In this document: positions 26,141 through 40,398 of the stretch, in pieces
Layout: the number at the start of each line of letters is the position of its first letter
How positions within the stretch are numbered: the stretch's first letter is position 1
Origin: Octopus sinensis
Lineage: Eukaryota
NCBI RefSeq assembly: GCF_006345805.1
Contig: NC_043001.1
Span: 85,560,001-85,624,000 of the forward strand
Direction of reading: 5' to 3'
DNA length: 64,000 nucleotides
The notes under the pieces: model-generated
What the model was told of the DNA's origin: nothing
Database searches by the model: none
What the model saw: the letters and a program-made list of their open reading frames with translations, nothing else
Position numbers and translations under genes: made by a program

Positions 26141-26892
26141 TATATATATATTAAATAGGAAAGCTATTTTCTGTGTGTCAGTGCGTCACTTTTTGACCCC
26201 ATCTCACAATTCAATGAAACTTCTACTATTGCTCATGTTGGAGTGAGAGTAATAGTAGGCACAGAGATGGTGAAGGCGGTGTCGAAGACAGACAGAGCGA
26301 GAGAGAGAGAGAAAGAGAGTGTTGATAATGTTTTATTAAAAGAAGTAGTATTGATGGTTGCGTGGGAGTAATAATAAGAGAGATAGAAAGACTGGGTATA
26401 TGAGAGAAAGAGGGACTGAACACTGAACCAACACACTCGAGTAACATACTGAACAGTGATAGGGTGATATTAATAGTATGAGCTGTAATTGTGATAGAGG
26501 CACAGGCAGTGGTGATAATGGTGGTGGTGGTAGCCGAGCGCACAAAGATGACGGTGAGAGTGAGTGAAATGAAAGACAGTGGTGATGGAGCTGGAAGGAA
26601 AGGATTCAAAGTCAAAGGTAGTGATGGTGGTGGCGTCAGAAGTCTGACTGGTGTGTGTGGCAGATGTTTTGGCGATGGTGGTGGTACTGCTGTTTATCAT
26701 GCAGCTTTGCAATAAGTCGACAAATTATATCATTGTTTTCATGAAATTTGTTCATTGCTTTAAAAGTATTGTCGAAGTTTAATAAAATGTATTATGTTCT
26801 CAATGTATGAAATGTCATTGTTGGGTCCAAAGCCAAATGAAGAGTATTCTACAGGAGCTAGCTTAAAAGTCACCCAATATATATATATATAT

Positions 26893-27096
26893 AGGAGTTG
26901 TTGCGTGGTAATTAGCTTGCTTACCAACCACATGGTTTTGAGTTCAATCCCACAACGTGGCACCTTAGGCAAATATCTTCTGCAATAGGTTCTGGCCGAC
27001 CAAAGCCTTTTGAGTGGGTTTGGTAGACGGAAACTGCAATAGCACACACACACACACACATATATATATTTACATATGTGTGTGTGTGTGGGGGTA

Positions 27097-27129
<33 letters not shown>

Positions 27130-27316
27130 ATATGTTTTTATGTCTGTCCCCCCAACATCGCTTGACAACTGATGGTGGTGTGTAATACGTTCCCTTAACT
27201 TAGCAGTTTGGCAATAGAGACCAATATAATAAGTACCAGGCTTAAACAGACTAAGTTCTGGGGTCGATGTATTCGACAAATGGCCGCAGTCAAGTGACTG
27301 TAATAAATATAAGAGT
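26893..27316 (+). mobile_element. SINE family A
   Basis: Same head, core and tail as 7056-7437. Confidence 0.8.
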
Positions 27317-28325
27317 ACAAGAATATATATATATATATATATATAGCCATTTGGGGTTAAATATTCTGAAAGAGCAAGAACAGATAATATTTTTTTATTT
27401 GCATTGTCTTGTGCAAATATGGGCGAAATATGATTTACATGGTGGTGATGCATACTTTTGAGACAATTCAGTTTTCTTATAGCTGGTCATTTAATATTGC
27501 AGCTGTTCTGTAAATACTCTTAACTGTGCAAACTGAACGAAGCAAAACTGTGCGGTATGTTTGCGACATAACAATAGGGTGTTAATTATCACCTAATTGA
27601 AATCATGATTATGAAGTTATTGATACAAGATCTTAACCCAAGAGCTATTAGACCTGAGCATATAACTAAATAATGCGATAATCTCAAATATAATTGCGGC
27701 TTTGGAATCGGAAAACTAAATTTAATAGGAATCCATTCAAGATTTTATGTATTGGTTTCACATTTTGGCACAAGACCAACAATTTCGGGGTAGAATTTAA
27801 GTCGATTACAGCGAACCCCAATGTTAACTGGTACTTATGTTACCAACCCTGAAAGGATGAAAGACAAATCCGACGTCAGTGGAATTTGAACTGCGAACGC
27901 AAAGACGGACGAAATGCCGTTAAGCATTTTTTTTCCCGGCGTGCTAACAATTCTTCGAGGTCCGTGCCTTAAATTTTCTATATATTTAGGTCATATCGTA
28001 AATGAAATGTTATCAGTACCGCTTGTTGGAATCACTATTTGGGTACCACAGTTTTTTACATGCAAGTCTAATTTACTCTGTTGACATTAGATGTTCAGAA
28101 ATTTCATGTGAAATGCGTCAGGATTTAGAAAGATACTGGTGTTTGAGTGTTTATACTACATGTTTACACTATATAGATAGCTTTTGTATGCTGGAAAATC
28201 AGGTATATAACGAATCACAAGTGTGTCATATATCGCTACGATTACTTGATAAAGAAATATATCGGAAGGTAAGCAAAAATAAACGACAAAAACACGACGA
28301 ATAGAAGCAATTAGAATTTCAACAT

Positions 28326-28331
28326 TTTATT
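28326..28331 (-). terminator. AATAAA polyadenylation signal of S-crystallin A
   Basis: About 64 nt after the stop, followed by a GT/T-rich downstream tract. Confidence 0.75.
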
Positions 28332-28394
28332 GAGAATAGTTTTTGTTAATTTTTTGTTGTTTTGAGTGGCTCAGGTAGTTTTCGATGTATTATC

Positions 28395-28559
28395 CTAGAA
28401 ATCGGTACGGCATCGTCTCTTCAGGTAGTTGCACATCTTGGGGTGGCTCATGACGCGGTTCCTCAGTGACATCAATTTGGGGTAGCTGCTGAGCATTGAT
28501 GATTCTTCCATCAGTGGGTTCTCAAGAGCGCAGTAGCACATCATATCAGCCATAGTCAT
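28395..28559 (-). CDS. S-crystallin gene A, exon 6 ([54 protein letters not shown])
   Basis: Acceptor TTTCATCGTAG; 165 nt ending in TAG; T.AD N-cap motif, YPKL..LR.RV, YLK.R..T.F terminus. Confidence 0.97.
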   Translation of the reverse strand: MTMADMMCYCALENPLMEESSMLSSYPKLMSLRNRVMSHPKMCNYLKRRCRTDF

Positions 28560-29593
28560 CTACGATGAAATAAATTTCAATTATATTACTCAGAATGTAT
28601 GTATTAGTGCAATAGCAGAAACTTTGCATAAAATATGACATTTAAATTCATTTGGCTTTTGTCTTCACTCTCACAGAGACTAACACTGCTTGTGTGCGAC
28701 CTATATGAGAATACTACTAACATAGCTTGGTAGTGTTACTACTTCAAATACAAATTTATTGTGCTGTAGCCAAAAAAAATAAGATTTTATTCAGCTCCTG
28801 GAAATTCTTCGACCATAGTCTATTGTATACTATCACAAAGCTAAGATGATCCCTCTTGCTATAAGAACATGAACTGGCATTTTGGAGGAGGGCGTAGTCG
28901 ATTAAATCAACACAAGCGCTCGGCTGTTAATATTTTATGAATTCCAAAGTCGGCGGAATGTAAACAGGGACGAAATGCCGTATGACATTTAATCCAGTGT
29001 ACTAATTATCAATCCAGTTCGCCTCATCAAAAACCTATAATAATACCATCGTTGTAATATTACTCACACGACTGTAACCATATTGCAACTACTTACACAA
29101 GCATATACTAGATTTAAACAAGCTATTTGACTGATTCGAAAAGTTTCATTGAACAATATACTAAACTTCTTCCCAGTGCCTCTTCTACTGATATTAGAAC
29201 GAGTATTACTTTTATAAACTGGCTATTTATATAAGACAACACCACCCAGTTCTGCATGGGAAAAGCTGCCAAAATCCGAAATTCACAAACTGCCAAATTC
29301 TTCGTGCAAATATCGATCAACGTACCCTTCTGATTACACACATACATCACCAGACGCAATGCAGGAGAATCCGGAAACGTCAAGTGCTTTACACTTCCTT
29401 TTCTCGGTATTTTTATGAATAAAACGGATCCAAGAAAGTCAGAACACAGTAAAGTAAAGCTATTTGCCAATCTCGTAGCTTAGTGTATAAGATTGATTAC
29501 GCAATGTATACACACACGGGCACGTACCTCATATTATACGCATATTATATGCGTGTGTGTGTGCGGTTGTGTGTAGGTACGTGAGTGTGAACC

Positions 29594-29643
<50 letters not shown>

Positions 29644-29759
29644 ATATATGTATGTATGTATGTATATGTACACGCAAGGGCGCACACAAACGGATGCGCA
29701 CGCACAGGCACACACACATACATGTATACATATAGATATATCATATATATATATACATA

Positions 29760-29909
<150 letters not shown>

Positions 29910-30324
29910 TGGTTCACTTAAGCATGGAAACATTTGTGATACTATATACACATAACATACATATATGTATTTATATATTTGTGTGTGTGTGCATATGTGT
30001 ATGTGTACGTGTCAGTATCTGAGTGTGTGGCTAAGTACATGTACACGCATAAACATACGTTCAGATATGTCAAAGCCAGATTTTAGCTACTTTACACTTT
30101 CGGTTGTATAATTCTTGCATATCAACTCATAAAGTCGATGATTATATTGGATTGCATACACCAATGTTGCAGTCAAACGACACTCGGTGCATTAGTTGGC
30201 GGAAGTGCAAACATGCAATTTTTTTTTTATCTGAATCGTTAAGAATTGTAAACCGTCTGGTTCAATTTCCTCTTTTCATCTGCAGAGTTCAAGGATTTGG
30301 TATTTATATCGGTGTGCGTGTGCT

Positions 30325-30595
30325 TATATGTATATGTGTGTATGTATGTACGTATGTATGTATGTATGTATGTACGTATGTATGTATGTATGTATGTATG
30401 TGCATGTATGTATGTATGTACGTATGTATGTATGTATGTATGTACGTATGTACGTATGTATGTATGTGCATGTATGTATGTATGTATGTACGTATGTATG
30501 TATGTATGTGCATGTATGTATGTGTGTATGTGTATGCATGTATGTGTGTATATATGTATGCATGTGCGAATATATGCGTTAAAATATTGTGTATG

Positions 30596-30629
<34 letters not shown>

Positions 30630-30639
30630 TGCATGTATG

Positions 30640-30671
<32 letters not shown>

Positions 30672-30880
30672 GATATGAATATATACATATATAGATACAT
30701 ATATATATATATTTCCAATTATGCATTTAATGTACGTATGCTTGTGTATGCATATTGTATATATAGACAGATAAAGAGAGAGAGATATAGCTATATATAT
30801 ACATACATATATATATATATATATATGTATATGTATGTATGTATGTATGTGTATATATATATATATATACACACACATAC
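30325..30880. repeat. Compound (TATG)n/(TA)n microsatellite in S-crystallin intron 5; representative of dozens of tracts (e.g. 16965-17080, 29600-29910, 40270-40730, 49130-49240, 55460-55566)
   Basis: Direct inspection. Confidence 0.95.
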
Positions 30881-31075
30881 ATAATAAATAGATATCCACA
30901 TGTATATATTTCCTGAATATATTTTTCTGTGTTCCTGTCTGTGTGCGTCTATGTTTGTACATGTGTGTCTGTCGATGTAGTTGAAAGTCTGCAAAAGTGT
31001 CTGTGTCTGCGCGTGTCAATGTTTTCTGCTTTCATCTGCGTTTGCATGCACATGTGTGATTGAATTATCGCTCAC

Positions 31076-31183
31076 CTGATCACCCATGAAGTACTTGCTT
31101 CCACCATTGTACATTTCCAATGTCCTCTCCATATATGGAAGGATTCTACGACAGGTCTCCTGGAATCTCATGCGCTTCTCAGA
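31076..31183 (-). CDS. S-crystallin gene A, exon 5 ([36 protein letters not shown])
   Basis: Acceptor TGTTTAG, donor GTGAGC; 108 nt; phase 0-0; GST C-domain motif NGG..YF.GDQ. Confidence 0.96.
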
Positions 31184-31364
31184 CTAAACAGAACATGAAA
31201 GAAAACAAAGTTATCAGAAAATCCTATAGCAGACCATTATGTTATAGTTTCTATAAATGTTAAACTTCAATGCCAGACATTGAACGCACACTTGCAAATA
31301 TCGATCAATGCATAATGTGGTAAGCAAATAAATGCACACAAAGCTTCGTTTCTGAAACGTGTTC

Positions 31365-31793
31365 TTTTATTCTTTCACTTGTTTCAGCCATTCGACTTCG
31401 GCCATGATGGAGTACCGCCTTTATTCGTACAAATCGATCTCAGGAATTATTCTTTGTAATCCCAGTACTTATTCTATCGGTCTCTTTTGCCGAACTGTTA
31501 AGTTACGGAGTCGTAAACACACCAACATTGGTTGTCAAGCGATGGAAGGGGGACAAACACAGAAACACACACCCAAATACACTCACCCCCCCCCATATAT
31601 TTATATATCAGACGCCATGATAGATCTTTTGGTACTACACACATTTTTCTCTCCTTGTTTTTCTGTGTACCTTTCTGTGGAAGAGTGTAGGCTAGAAACG
31701 TAAAAGACTTTTTCTATTCCTGAGCGCTATACTAATACATCTGTTTGTTTGTACACCACCTGCCTTCGTCTTTTGTTTATTTTCGTAAACTTT

Positions 31794-31831
<38 letters not shown>

Positions 31832-31985
31832 CGGGCTTCTTTCAGTGCCCGTCTACTAAATCCACTCCGTGCTTTGGTCAGCCCGAGGCTAAAGTAGAAT
31901 ACATTTGCCGAAGGTGCCACGCTGTGGGACTGAACTCCGAACCATGTGGCTGAAAAGCAAGCTTTTTACCGCACAGCCACTCTTG
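31365..31985 (-). mobile_element. SINE family A in S-crystallin intron 4, interrupted
   Basis: Tail at 31365-31580 and head at 31829-31985. Confidence 0.8.
31608..31800 (+). mobile_element. Copy of the ~190-bp short element, nested in the (TA)n of a SINE in S-crystallin intron 4
   Basis: Aligns by eye to 11512-11697; interrupts SINE 31365-31985. Confidence 0.7.
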
Positions 31986-32334
31986 ACGAAAATGACACAC
32001 ACACTCACAGACGCCCATACACAATGCTAAAACTCATATGGGTATTAACATATTCTTATAAAGAAACACAATACTTATTGTTTAATCCTTTGTCTTTTAC
32101 ACATATTGGACTGCGGCCATACTAGTGCGCCATCTTGGAATTGTTACTTATATAAATCGACTCCAGTACTTATTGTTAAGTCTGGTACTAATTCAAATTT
32201 TATTTTGTCGAACCGCTGTTATTATCATTATTATTAATAATAATAATAACAATGGCACTGATTATAGTGATGATGGGTTTTTGCCAATAATGTAAATAAT
32301 GAAGTAATTTTGCAAGAAAATAATTAGTACTCAC

Positions 32335-32364
32335 AGAACAGTTCATATCTCTGGATCTCTGGAA
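32335..32364 (-). CDS. S-crystallin gene A, exon 4: 30-nt micro-exon (FQRSRDMNCS), inserted loop peptide
   Basis: Polypyrimidine acceptor TTCTTCTGTTTTCCAG, donor GTGAGT; phase 0-0; completes a 648-nt CDS (215 aa + stop). Confidence 0.92.
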
Positions 32365-33849
32365 CTGGAAAACAGAAGAACACTTATTAGACGTACAAAT
32401 ATGAAATGCGTGTGAGTGTGTGTGTGAGTGTACATGTGTATGTCTCTTTGTGTGTGTGTATGTGCGTCTGTTTTTGTATATGCATTTGCTTGTATATACT
32501 TAGAACTTAAAGATGATAGGCAGTGTATATTTTCCCACCGGTTCTTATACTTATGTGCGTTTGTGATTAGTGTTATGTATACATAACAGATTCGTTAGCA
32601 CACCAGGCAAAATGCTTAGCAGTATTTCGTCCGTTTTTACGTACTAGATTAGTACTGAGGGCGATGTAATAGACTTAACCCCTTCCCCCAGAAACTTCAG
32701 GCATTGTGCCTATAGCAGCAATGATTATGTATGTATGCATAAAGGTAGCGAACTGGTAGAATCATTACCGCGCCGGACAAAATGCTTAGCGTCATTATGT
32801 TTTCAGTCAACTTTACCTTTCATACTTTCAGGTTCGATAAGCTAATTTATCAGTCAAGTATTGAACTCAATTAATCGACTTCCCTCTTGCCTCGAAATTG
32901 CCGGCCTTGAGACAGAATTAGAATGACTTTGTATATTTTCATAACCGGTTCATTATAGAGCGTCGGCAGAAAGACTTCGTAGTATTTGTTTTAACTCTTT
33001 ACATTCTGAGTTCAAATATCGCCGGGGTTAACTTTAATTTAATCTCGCCGGCGCTTAGTAGATAATGTACCAGTAAAGTACTGCGATTAATTTCTTCTAC
33101 TTAGCCGCTCCCCACAAGATTAACTTCATACCAATATTGATTTCAAATTTTGGGATATTGTCGGCAATTTCGGGAGGGGGATATGTTAATTACATCGACC
33201 TCAGTTTTCAGCTGGTAATTATTTTATCGATTCTGAAAGGCCGAAAGGCAAAGGCGACACCAGCCGCATCTGAAGTCAGCGCAAAGCAGACAGAATCCCG
33301 CTAATCATTTTTCTCGCCGCGTTCAAGTCTCAAACCTTATCAGTAGATATATACACGCATGCATAAAACCATACACACATATAAAGATACATACATGTGT
33401 GAACGCATATATTTGTACGTAGTGCTTTAGTTAGAAACCAAGTGTTTGTGAAACCCGTTGTACTGGAAAAGTAAATTATGTCCCATCAAGGAGCTGTATC
33501 TCAATAATAGTTTTCTATAGTGGAACTCTACTACATAGCATGAGCGAATGTCTTCACTGATGCTTTGGAAAAAGAGATCATATGTGATGAACAGATAAAG
33601 AATTTCGCCATCTGTAATAGAAAGATCAATCATCATTCGTACATATTATCATATGTACACTGGTTTATGTAGCCATTTGTATCTACGGGAATGCTTGGAC
33701 ACAGAAAATCACATAAATGTATATGGCACTCAGAGACGCAAACGCATAATGTGTAGTCAAGCCAAGTACAGGTACTCGTACTGGTGTATCAAATACGTAC
33801 ATACACTCATAGTAGACGTACAAGAGTATACAAAACAAAGTGTATATAT

Positions 33850-33926
<77 letters not shown>

Positions 33927-34353
33927 ATATACAAATACATGTGAACATACATATATATGTGTCAAAAGTGTCATCTTAAGTGCGTATACTAGATTGGAAT
34001 ACGTGTGAAATAATTATAATGTTAATTGTAAGGCTACTGGTCTTCCCATATGTCAATCACTTTATTGTAGGTATTTTTTTTCCCTGTACGCACACAGTGT
34101 ATTATGTTATCGTTCCTGATTTATTCAGAGTGTATGTGTAAGTGTGTGGGAAAGAGAGTATGTTTGGAGAGAGAGGGGGGAAGAGGTAGAGAGGGAAGGA
34201 GAGAGAGAACGAGAGGGAGAGAATGGAAGTGAAGGATATAGATAGATAGATAAATAGATAGATAGATAGGTAGATAGATGGATAGATAGAGGGAAAGAAA
34301 CAAAGAAAGAAAGAAAGACAAACAGATAGAAAGACAGACAGACAGACAGATAA

Positions 34354-34412
<59 letters not shown>

Positions 34413-34452
34413 GAAATATTCCATTATATTTTAATACTGTTAGTTTACAAAC

Positions 34453-34568
34453 CATCATTCTGCAGTTGCCATCCTGGTACATCCTCATGTAGTCATCGAG
34501 AATATCATAGAAGCAGTCTGAGATGAAATCTACTCTGGCCATCTCCATGTTGCTTCTGCCATGGTAAC
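34453..34568 (-). CDS. S-crystallin gene A, exon 3 ([38 protein letters not shown])
   Basis: Acceptor TTCCAG, donor GTTTGT; 116 nt; phase 1-0; embedded in supplied ORF 34102..34626. Confidence 0.96.
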
Positions 34569-35288
34569 CTGGAATGTCCCATTGATATATAAACAATGAG
34601 TGTACACAAATGCAGTGGTATGTCAATCAAAATATAAACACGTTTACGATGAGATTCTCCTACATTAGTTAATATAATAGAGGTAGAGGCGGTTGTGGAT
34701 TTCCATCATTCGATTATAATTATCCAGTAGTTCGTTCAATTGACTGCACCTGAATTATCATGTTCCGCAGATAGGTGTACCCTTGACATAATTCTCAGAC
34801 AGGATCAGCGAGGTACATCATATTGGTAAGAATATAACTTATGATCTATAGGTACAGACCACAAGGCAAACTTCAATACATTTTCTTTCTTCGAAATTTC
34901 ACCCATAATGTATCCGTCGATTCGATAGAAAATATTTTATATAGGAGATCACATTTACTAAACGTATCACGCAGGGCGATCAAAATCAAGATTTCGGAGA
35001 TGCGAACATCTCAACCATACATATGCATATACATATAGTTTGCAATTCTGTTAAAAAGTGCCTTTTGTGCACTAATTATGAAATCATGTGATCTCTGGCT
35101 GAGTCTGTTTTTAAGATGCTTGGTTCGAGATTTGCATTCCCTCGAGTACCGTAAAATGTGTTTATTATGGTAGTTTTGACTTTAAGAGTCCTTCGTAGCG
35201 TGAGGCATTTATGTATAGTAAGGCCCTTAATATAAATAAATAGATAGATAGATAAATAGAAACATATATATATACATACATACATACA

Positions 35289-35324
<36 letters not shown>

Positions 35325-35747
35325 TATATATTATATATATATATACATACATACATGGCATAGCATGAATGTTTTCATACTAATCTAATGCATTATCTGG
35401 AATATATTCTACGGAGTCTATGTGAAAATCTGTTCATGTGTATCGTTATAGTTTACAATTCTGTTATGTAAACTTATATGTATTTTTACCATCACCTAGC
35501 AAGGCGTTGAGCTGTTTTGAAGCAATCATGGTGTACCGTTATCATTGTCTCAATTTATAGGATTCGGGAAATCACTTTTCCCGCCGGGGGCAACGTGAAA
35601 CTAAGATGCTCACTTTGGGATCTGTCCCTCTGCGCAGCAATTAAGCAACTGACTTCAAATGTAGCTTCGGGCCGAATAATATCTCGTGAATGAGTTTTAT
35701 AGACGGAAACTGTGGGGAATATCGTCGTGTATATATGTGTGTGTGTA

Positions 35748-35788
<41 letters not shown>

Positions 35789-36581
35789 TTTTTGGGGGAT
35801 ATATGCCTGGTAGTATGCTGATAAGAGCACTTTCACTATTTAGGTTCATCCACAGTTACGATATAATTGTCACTGGATCTACCTCAGAAATTCCGCAGTG
35901 TTCATTCAGTTTATAATGAGCGAGAGAAGCGAAAAATAAAGATTCTTGCTATATCCATTTTCCTTTTCTCTCACTCATCGTAAACTCAACTAAGACTACG
36001 GAAATCCTGGCGTAAATTCAGTGACACTATTGTGTGTGTGTGCGCATGTGTGTGTGTTTGTTTGTGTTTGTGTGTGTGTGTGTGTCCTTCATTACCGCTT
36101 GACTGCTGGTTTACTTTGCTTTTCTCCAGGAACCGGTAGCATATACACGAGACTTATAAATAAGTAATGAGGTTGAATTGTTCCTTATAACTATTCAACG
36201 CAGTATCACAGTATGGCCGCAGTCCATAACTGTAACAAGTAAAATATAAATTCTAAGGCGTTTCTTTAAATGTTTTCTTGGCAATCTCTTATTTCTATCA
36301 GAGATAAAGAGTTTATTATCATTATATATTTCAAGAAATATGATTCGAACCTTATTCTTTAATAACATGAGACCGCGAAAATATAGCAGAGAATATCATG
36401 TGAAGGTAATATATTCTTATTTGCTTTACCCAAAATCTTACATAGTCAGAAAATGGGAATAACGTATGCTGTGGATATCAGACATGTTGCAGTACCCTTC
36501 ATGAACACAGTATATCAGAATTTGAAGATCTCAAAAGAAAGTGTAACAAATTTTTGGAAAAGGTCCAAAATTTCTACTCAC

Positions 36582-36677
36582 CAAATTCCCTAGCCAAATA
36601 TCTGGCCATAGCCATACTTTGGGGAATCTGGGTCCTGTTGTCCAATTCCAACATTGGCATCATGTTGCATGGCATCT
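36582..36677 (-). CDS. S-crystallin gene A, exon 2 ([33 protein letters not shown])
   Basis: Acceptor TTGCAG, donor GTGAGT; 96 nt; phase 1-1; GST G-site motif QS.A.ARYLAR. Confidence 0.97.
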
Positions 36678-36712
36678 CTGCAAGTAGAATGTATAATAAT
36701 ATTAATAATAAC

Positions 36713-36768
<56 letters not shown>

Positions 36769-36984
36769 TAGTAATAATAATTTCCTTTTCCCTTATATTT
36801 TTTATTTTCTTTCCGTTCCTTTTTCTTTGTTCCCGTTTTTTTCCCACAAACACATGTCTTTGTAAATGAACAATCTGGTGTGTTTATTTTAGTGCCCTAC
36901 CAATGTGTACAGTGAATTTCTTTCCCCTAGGTGTCAGAAACATACTTGGCAAGAAATGGAAACAAAGTTGAAAGAAGAGGATAT

Positions 36985-37520
36985 AACTGATTGGAAGTGT
37001 TATGATATACGTTGTTTTGTCTTGGTATAAAAGATGGGCTACAGCAAATATTCAGCTTAATATCACATATTTGCTTGTCAGTTGTTTGACCTTAATCAGT
37101 TGACCATGTACCTGAGTGACTGACGATATGTGTATCTCTGATCACAAGCAGAAGTAGTGGGGGAGCATCATAGCCATGTATTGAGAGGGATTCTTTGGGG
37201 TTTGGATAGGTCACCTTTGGAAACATGGGTGCTTCGTTCAACATCCTTAAACAATCCTAATTCAGGGACCTTTTGAGCGGGATGGGCTACTCGACCAGAA
37301 GAAAATTCTAACTGGGCCCCACCTGCAAGGTTATGCGCTGTTTATCTTGATATGAGATCACCATGTCACGCACATATGGTTGTGATGCATGTGCCTGGTG
37401 TACCCTTATCAGACGGGTAGTCATGATGGGTATATTGAGATTCGTATATTTTACCGCAGCGTCACTTTGATGACATGCACTGCTCCCTCACTCAATACTA
37501 ATAATAATGTTAATAATAAA
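36985..37520. mobile_element. ~520-bp interspersed repeat associated with (AAT)n; second copy 55570-56118
   Basis: Two highly similar copies (TAACTGATTGGAAGTGTTAT ... GCACTGCTCCCTCACTCAATA). Confidence 0.85.
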
Positions 37521-39255
37521 TTGCGGGAAGATCATCAACAAGGGCGACATTGCAAAAATAGCTTACAATTTGTGTGTGGTTTTACATGGAAGACGAGAGG
37601 AAACAACAGTGGGAAGAAAGAATGAGGGAGAGATAGCAAATGAGATAAAATATACCTAGTATGCATTATAATTGTACACATGGTTGATGCAGGGATGATG
37701 ACGCAAGGCAGACTCGACCGATAGTAATAATTAGTTGATAATAATTTGTACCATTGACTCCAGTATTTGCTGATTATTTATTTTATCAACCGAAAGGATG
37801 AAAGGTAGAGTTAACCCCGATGTTATTTGAACTCAGACCTTAAAGAACCAGAAGGAATACTGAAAATGACAATCATTATCATTCTGGTGACCGACAGGTT
37901 CTTCCTTCACCTTGCCGTCTTAATGATTTCTAATTTAAGAAGGTGGCGAGCTGGCAGAAACGTTAGCACGCCGGGCGAAATGTGGGGCTGTATTTCGTCT
38001 GCCGTTACGTTCTGAGTTCAAATTCCGCCGACTTTGATTTTCATGTTTTCGGGGTCGATAAAGTAAGTACCAGTTGCATACTGGGGGTCGAGCTAACCAA
38101 CTGGCGCTCCCCTCCAAAAAAGATTTCGGGCCTTGTGCTTATGGTAGAAAAGAATAATTTTTCGTTTAAGATCAAAGGCAGAAATTCTAAAGAACTACTT
38201 TTTACTTCTTACTTTCAACAAAATGAATAGCAAGTCAAGAAGAGGACATCTTCCTGACCATACGGTGGGACACACTGGGAAATGTAACCCTTGGAATTGA
38301 AATGAAATTGTATTCTAACGGCCGGAATGTAGTTTGATCATAGTTCTATTCGAGGACTAAACTGAAGTACGGATGTAAGAACAGGCATAAAGACAGAGTA
38401 AACAAAATACTAGATAACATATTGAGAACCTAAACAATGTGTAATTGTTATTGACCAATTGATTGTCAAGAACAGAATCATTATAAGATTGACTTTTAAC
38501 AAGCAAAATTTTCCAGACTTAATAATGATTTCCAGACTTAAATTGTTGTCGTGTGACCAAATACATCGTATTGATCGTGAGTAACTTATCTCAATTTCTC
38601 GATATGTTAGCAAAGCAATTCTTGGTAATAGAAATAGTGAGATCTGCAACCCACTGAGCCATGGTTATAAATTTTATCTCCATATCGTATAATCTACATT
38701 ACGATAAAATCTGTTGAAATGACCGTCTCACTAGCCGCTGCTGGTATAAGTTTTCGTCTTCCTCTGATAATTATTGTGTTTTTAACTCAGAAAGTTCATA
38801 AGAGATGATATCTCATGACAAATAGTGCTGTAACGAGTTAATCGGTAGTGTACATACATTGAGTATGACACGTAGGTGGTTACTTTGACGAAATATTGCT
38901 TCAGTAGTGTATACCAGGATTTAATTAACTAGGCGGCTATTCGCAACGTCAACAAATGTTTTATTCAATTCTCGTATATGCGAGATAACGAATTATCGTC
39001 CGGATATGTATCCTGCAGCAAGTATGTGCTGTATAAAAGGCTCAATAATGTATCTCAAACTCTCGGTAGCAGCTGTTGGAAAGAATTTTCATCTTTCTTC
39101 CGAATTCTCTGAGGTTTACTGCTTTTAGTACAGCAAGTCGATACGAATTTGCCATTAACAGACTTATCGACAGCGTGCCTATATTAAGTATGATACATAA
39201 TGGTTATCATGTTTATATATGTATATATATATATATATTATATATATATATATAG

Positions 39256-39296
<41 letters not shown>

Positions 39297-39616
39297 CACA
39301 CATATATAGCCAGATAGTAATCAACGCAAGGTTAAACTGTAGTGCTAACGAAAGTACTTGTGAAAGACGGCTAAACTGAGCAAATAGCAATTAGGTGATA
39401 TCTTCATAGCAACACTTAAATATGAAGTCCATCAAATTTTTGATAGTCAGATATCGGAGGTGCTTTAGACTTTGCCATATGCGTCTTTCCTCGTAAATAC
39501 CAATTAATTTCGTTTATATTGAACGCACTCAAAACTCTGCTAACGTATAAGCAATTATGTACGACATTTGAGATACCTTATGAATATATAACAACAGAAG
39601 ATAAAAATTCACTTAC

Positions 39617-39749
39617 GATTTCTCATACCACTCCATTCTGAAGAATCGATCCTGCGGTCATTGTACTGGACACCAGCTGCTGCAAAGAGCATACGGCAGA
39701 TCTCAGCACGGCCACGGTGGTTGAAGTAGTGGAGAGTGTAGGAAGGCAT
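39617..39749 (-). CDS. S-crystallin gene A, exon 1 ([44 protein letters not shown]+1 nt)
   Basis: ATG at 39749; GST-sigma/S-crystallin N-terminus (YF..RGRAE..R); 133 nt; donor GTAAGT at 39616-39611; phase 1. Confidence 0.97.
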
Positions 39750-39834
39750 GTTTGGTTTGGTTGTTTGTTGTTGGTAGATTTACCAAGAATAAGAATTTGT
39801 CGTGTGTTACTTTGTGTATTGGAGACAATACAGG

Positions 39835-39868
39835 AACTGCAAAGAATTTCAAACTACCGCTTTTTATA
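39835..39868 (-). promoter_or_regulatory. Core promoter of S-crystallin A: TATAAAA (39868-39862) and Inr-like GCAGTT (~39840-39835)
   Basis: TATA about 30 nt upstream of an Inr-like sequence and about 120 nt upstream of the ATG. Confidence 0.7.
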
Positions 39869-40269
39869 GCTTTGATTTTTTCGAATTTGAATAAGAATCT
39901 TACGTGTGATTCTTATTCTCAGTTGTGGGTAATATAAAGAGGAAAATTACACATGATTGTCAATTGTCTTGAAGAATCACCATAGTCATTAGAAGCACAA
40001 AAACCAACGTGATTTTTCAATGTTCTATTAATTAAAAGAAGAACTATGGGTGAGGAATATAATCTACAGCATTGTCCATTGTTTCCAAAATACTATAGAA
40101 CCGTTCATTCTTTTCCAAATTCATTGTCTTCATACAACATCCGGTGTGTTAGCCAGTTACATTGTTATAATTACTGTTAGTAAATGTCTTGTATTGCAAT
40201 ATGCTTTAGTTTTAGTTTGTGTGCGTTGTGTGTATGTGCATGCGTTTGGGTATACATGCCAAAATAAAA

Positions 40270-40303
<34 letters not shown>

Positions 40304-40318
40304 GTATATATATATGTG

Positions 40319-40350
<32 letters not shown>

Positions 40351-40365
40351 ATATGTATATATGTA

Positions 40366-40398
<33 letters not shown>

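Noticed and set aside
30104-31019. Long ORFs rich in YI/CV/HT/MYVC (also 40157-40860, 16923-18153, 29529-29951 and many more)
   Set aside because: Translations of (TA)n, (TG)n, (TATG)n and (TATC)n microsatellites; no coding signal.
39032-39190. Plus-strand TATAAAAGG in intron 1 as an antisense promoter
   Set aside because: A single motif in AT-rich DNA with no supporting ORF or exon chain.
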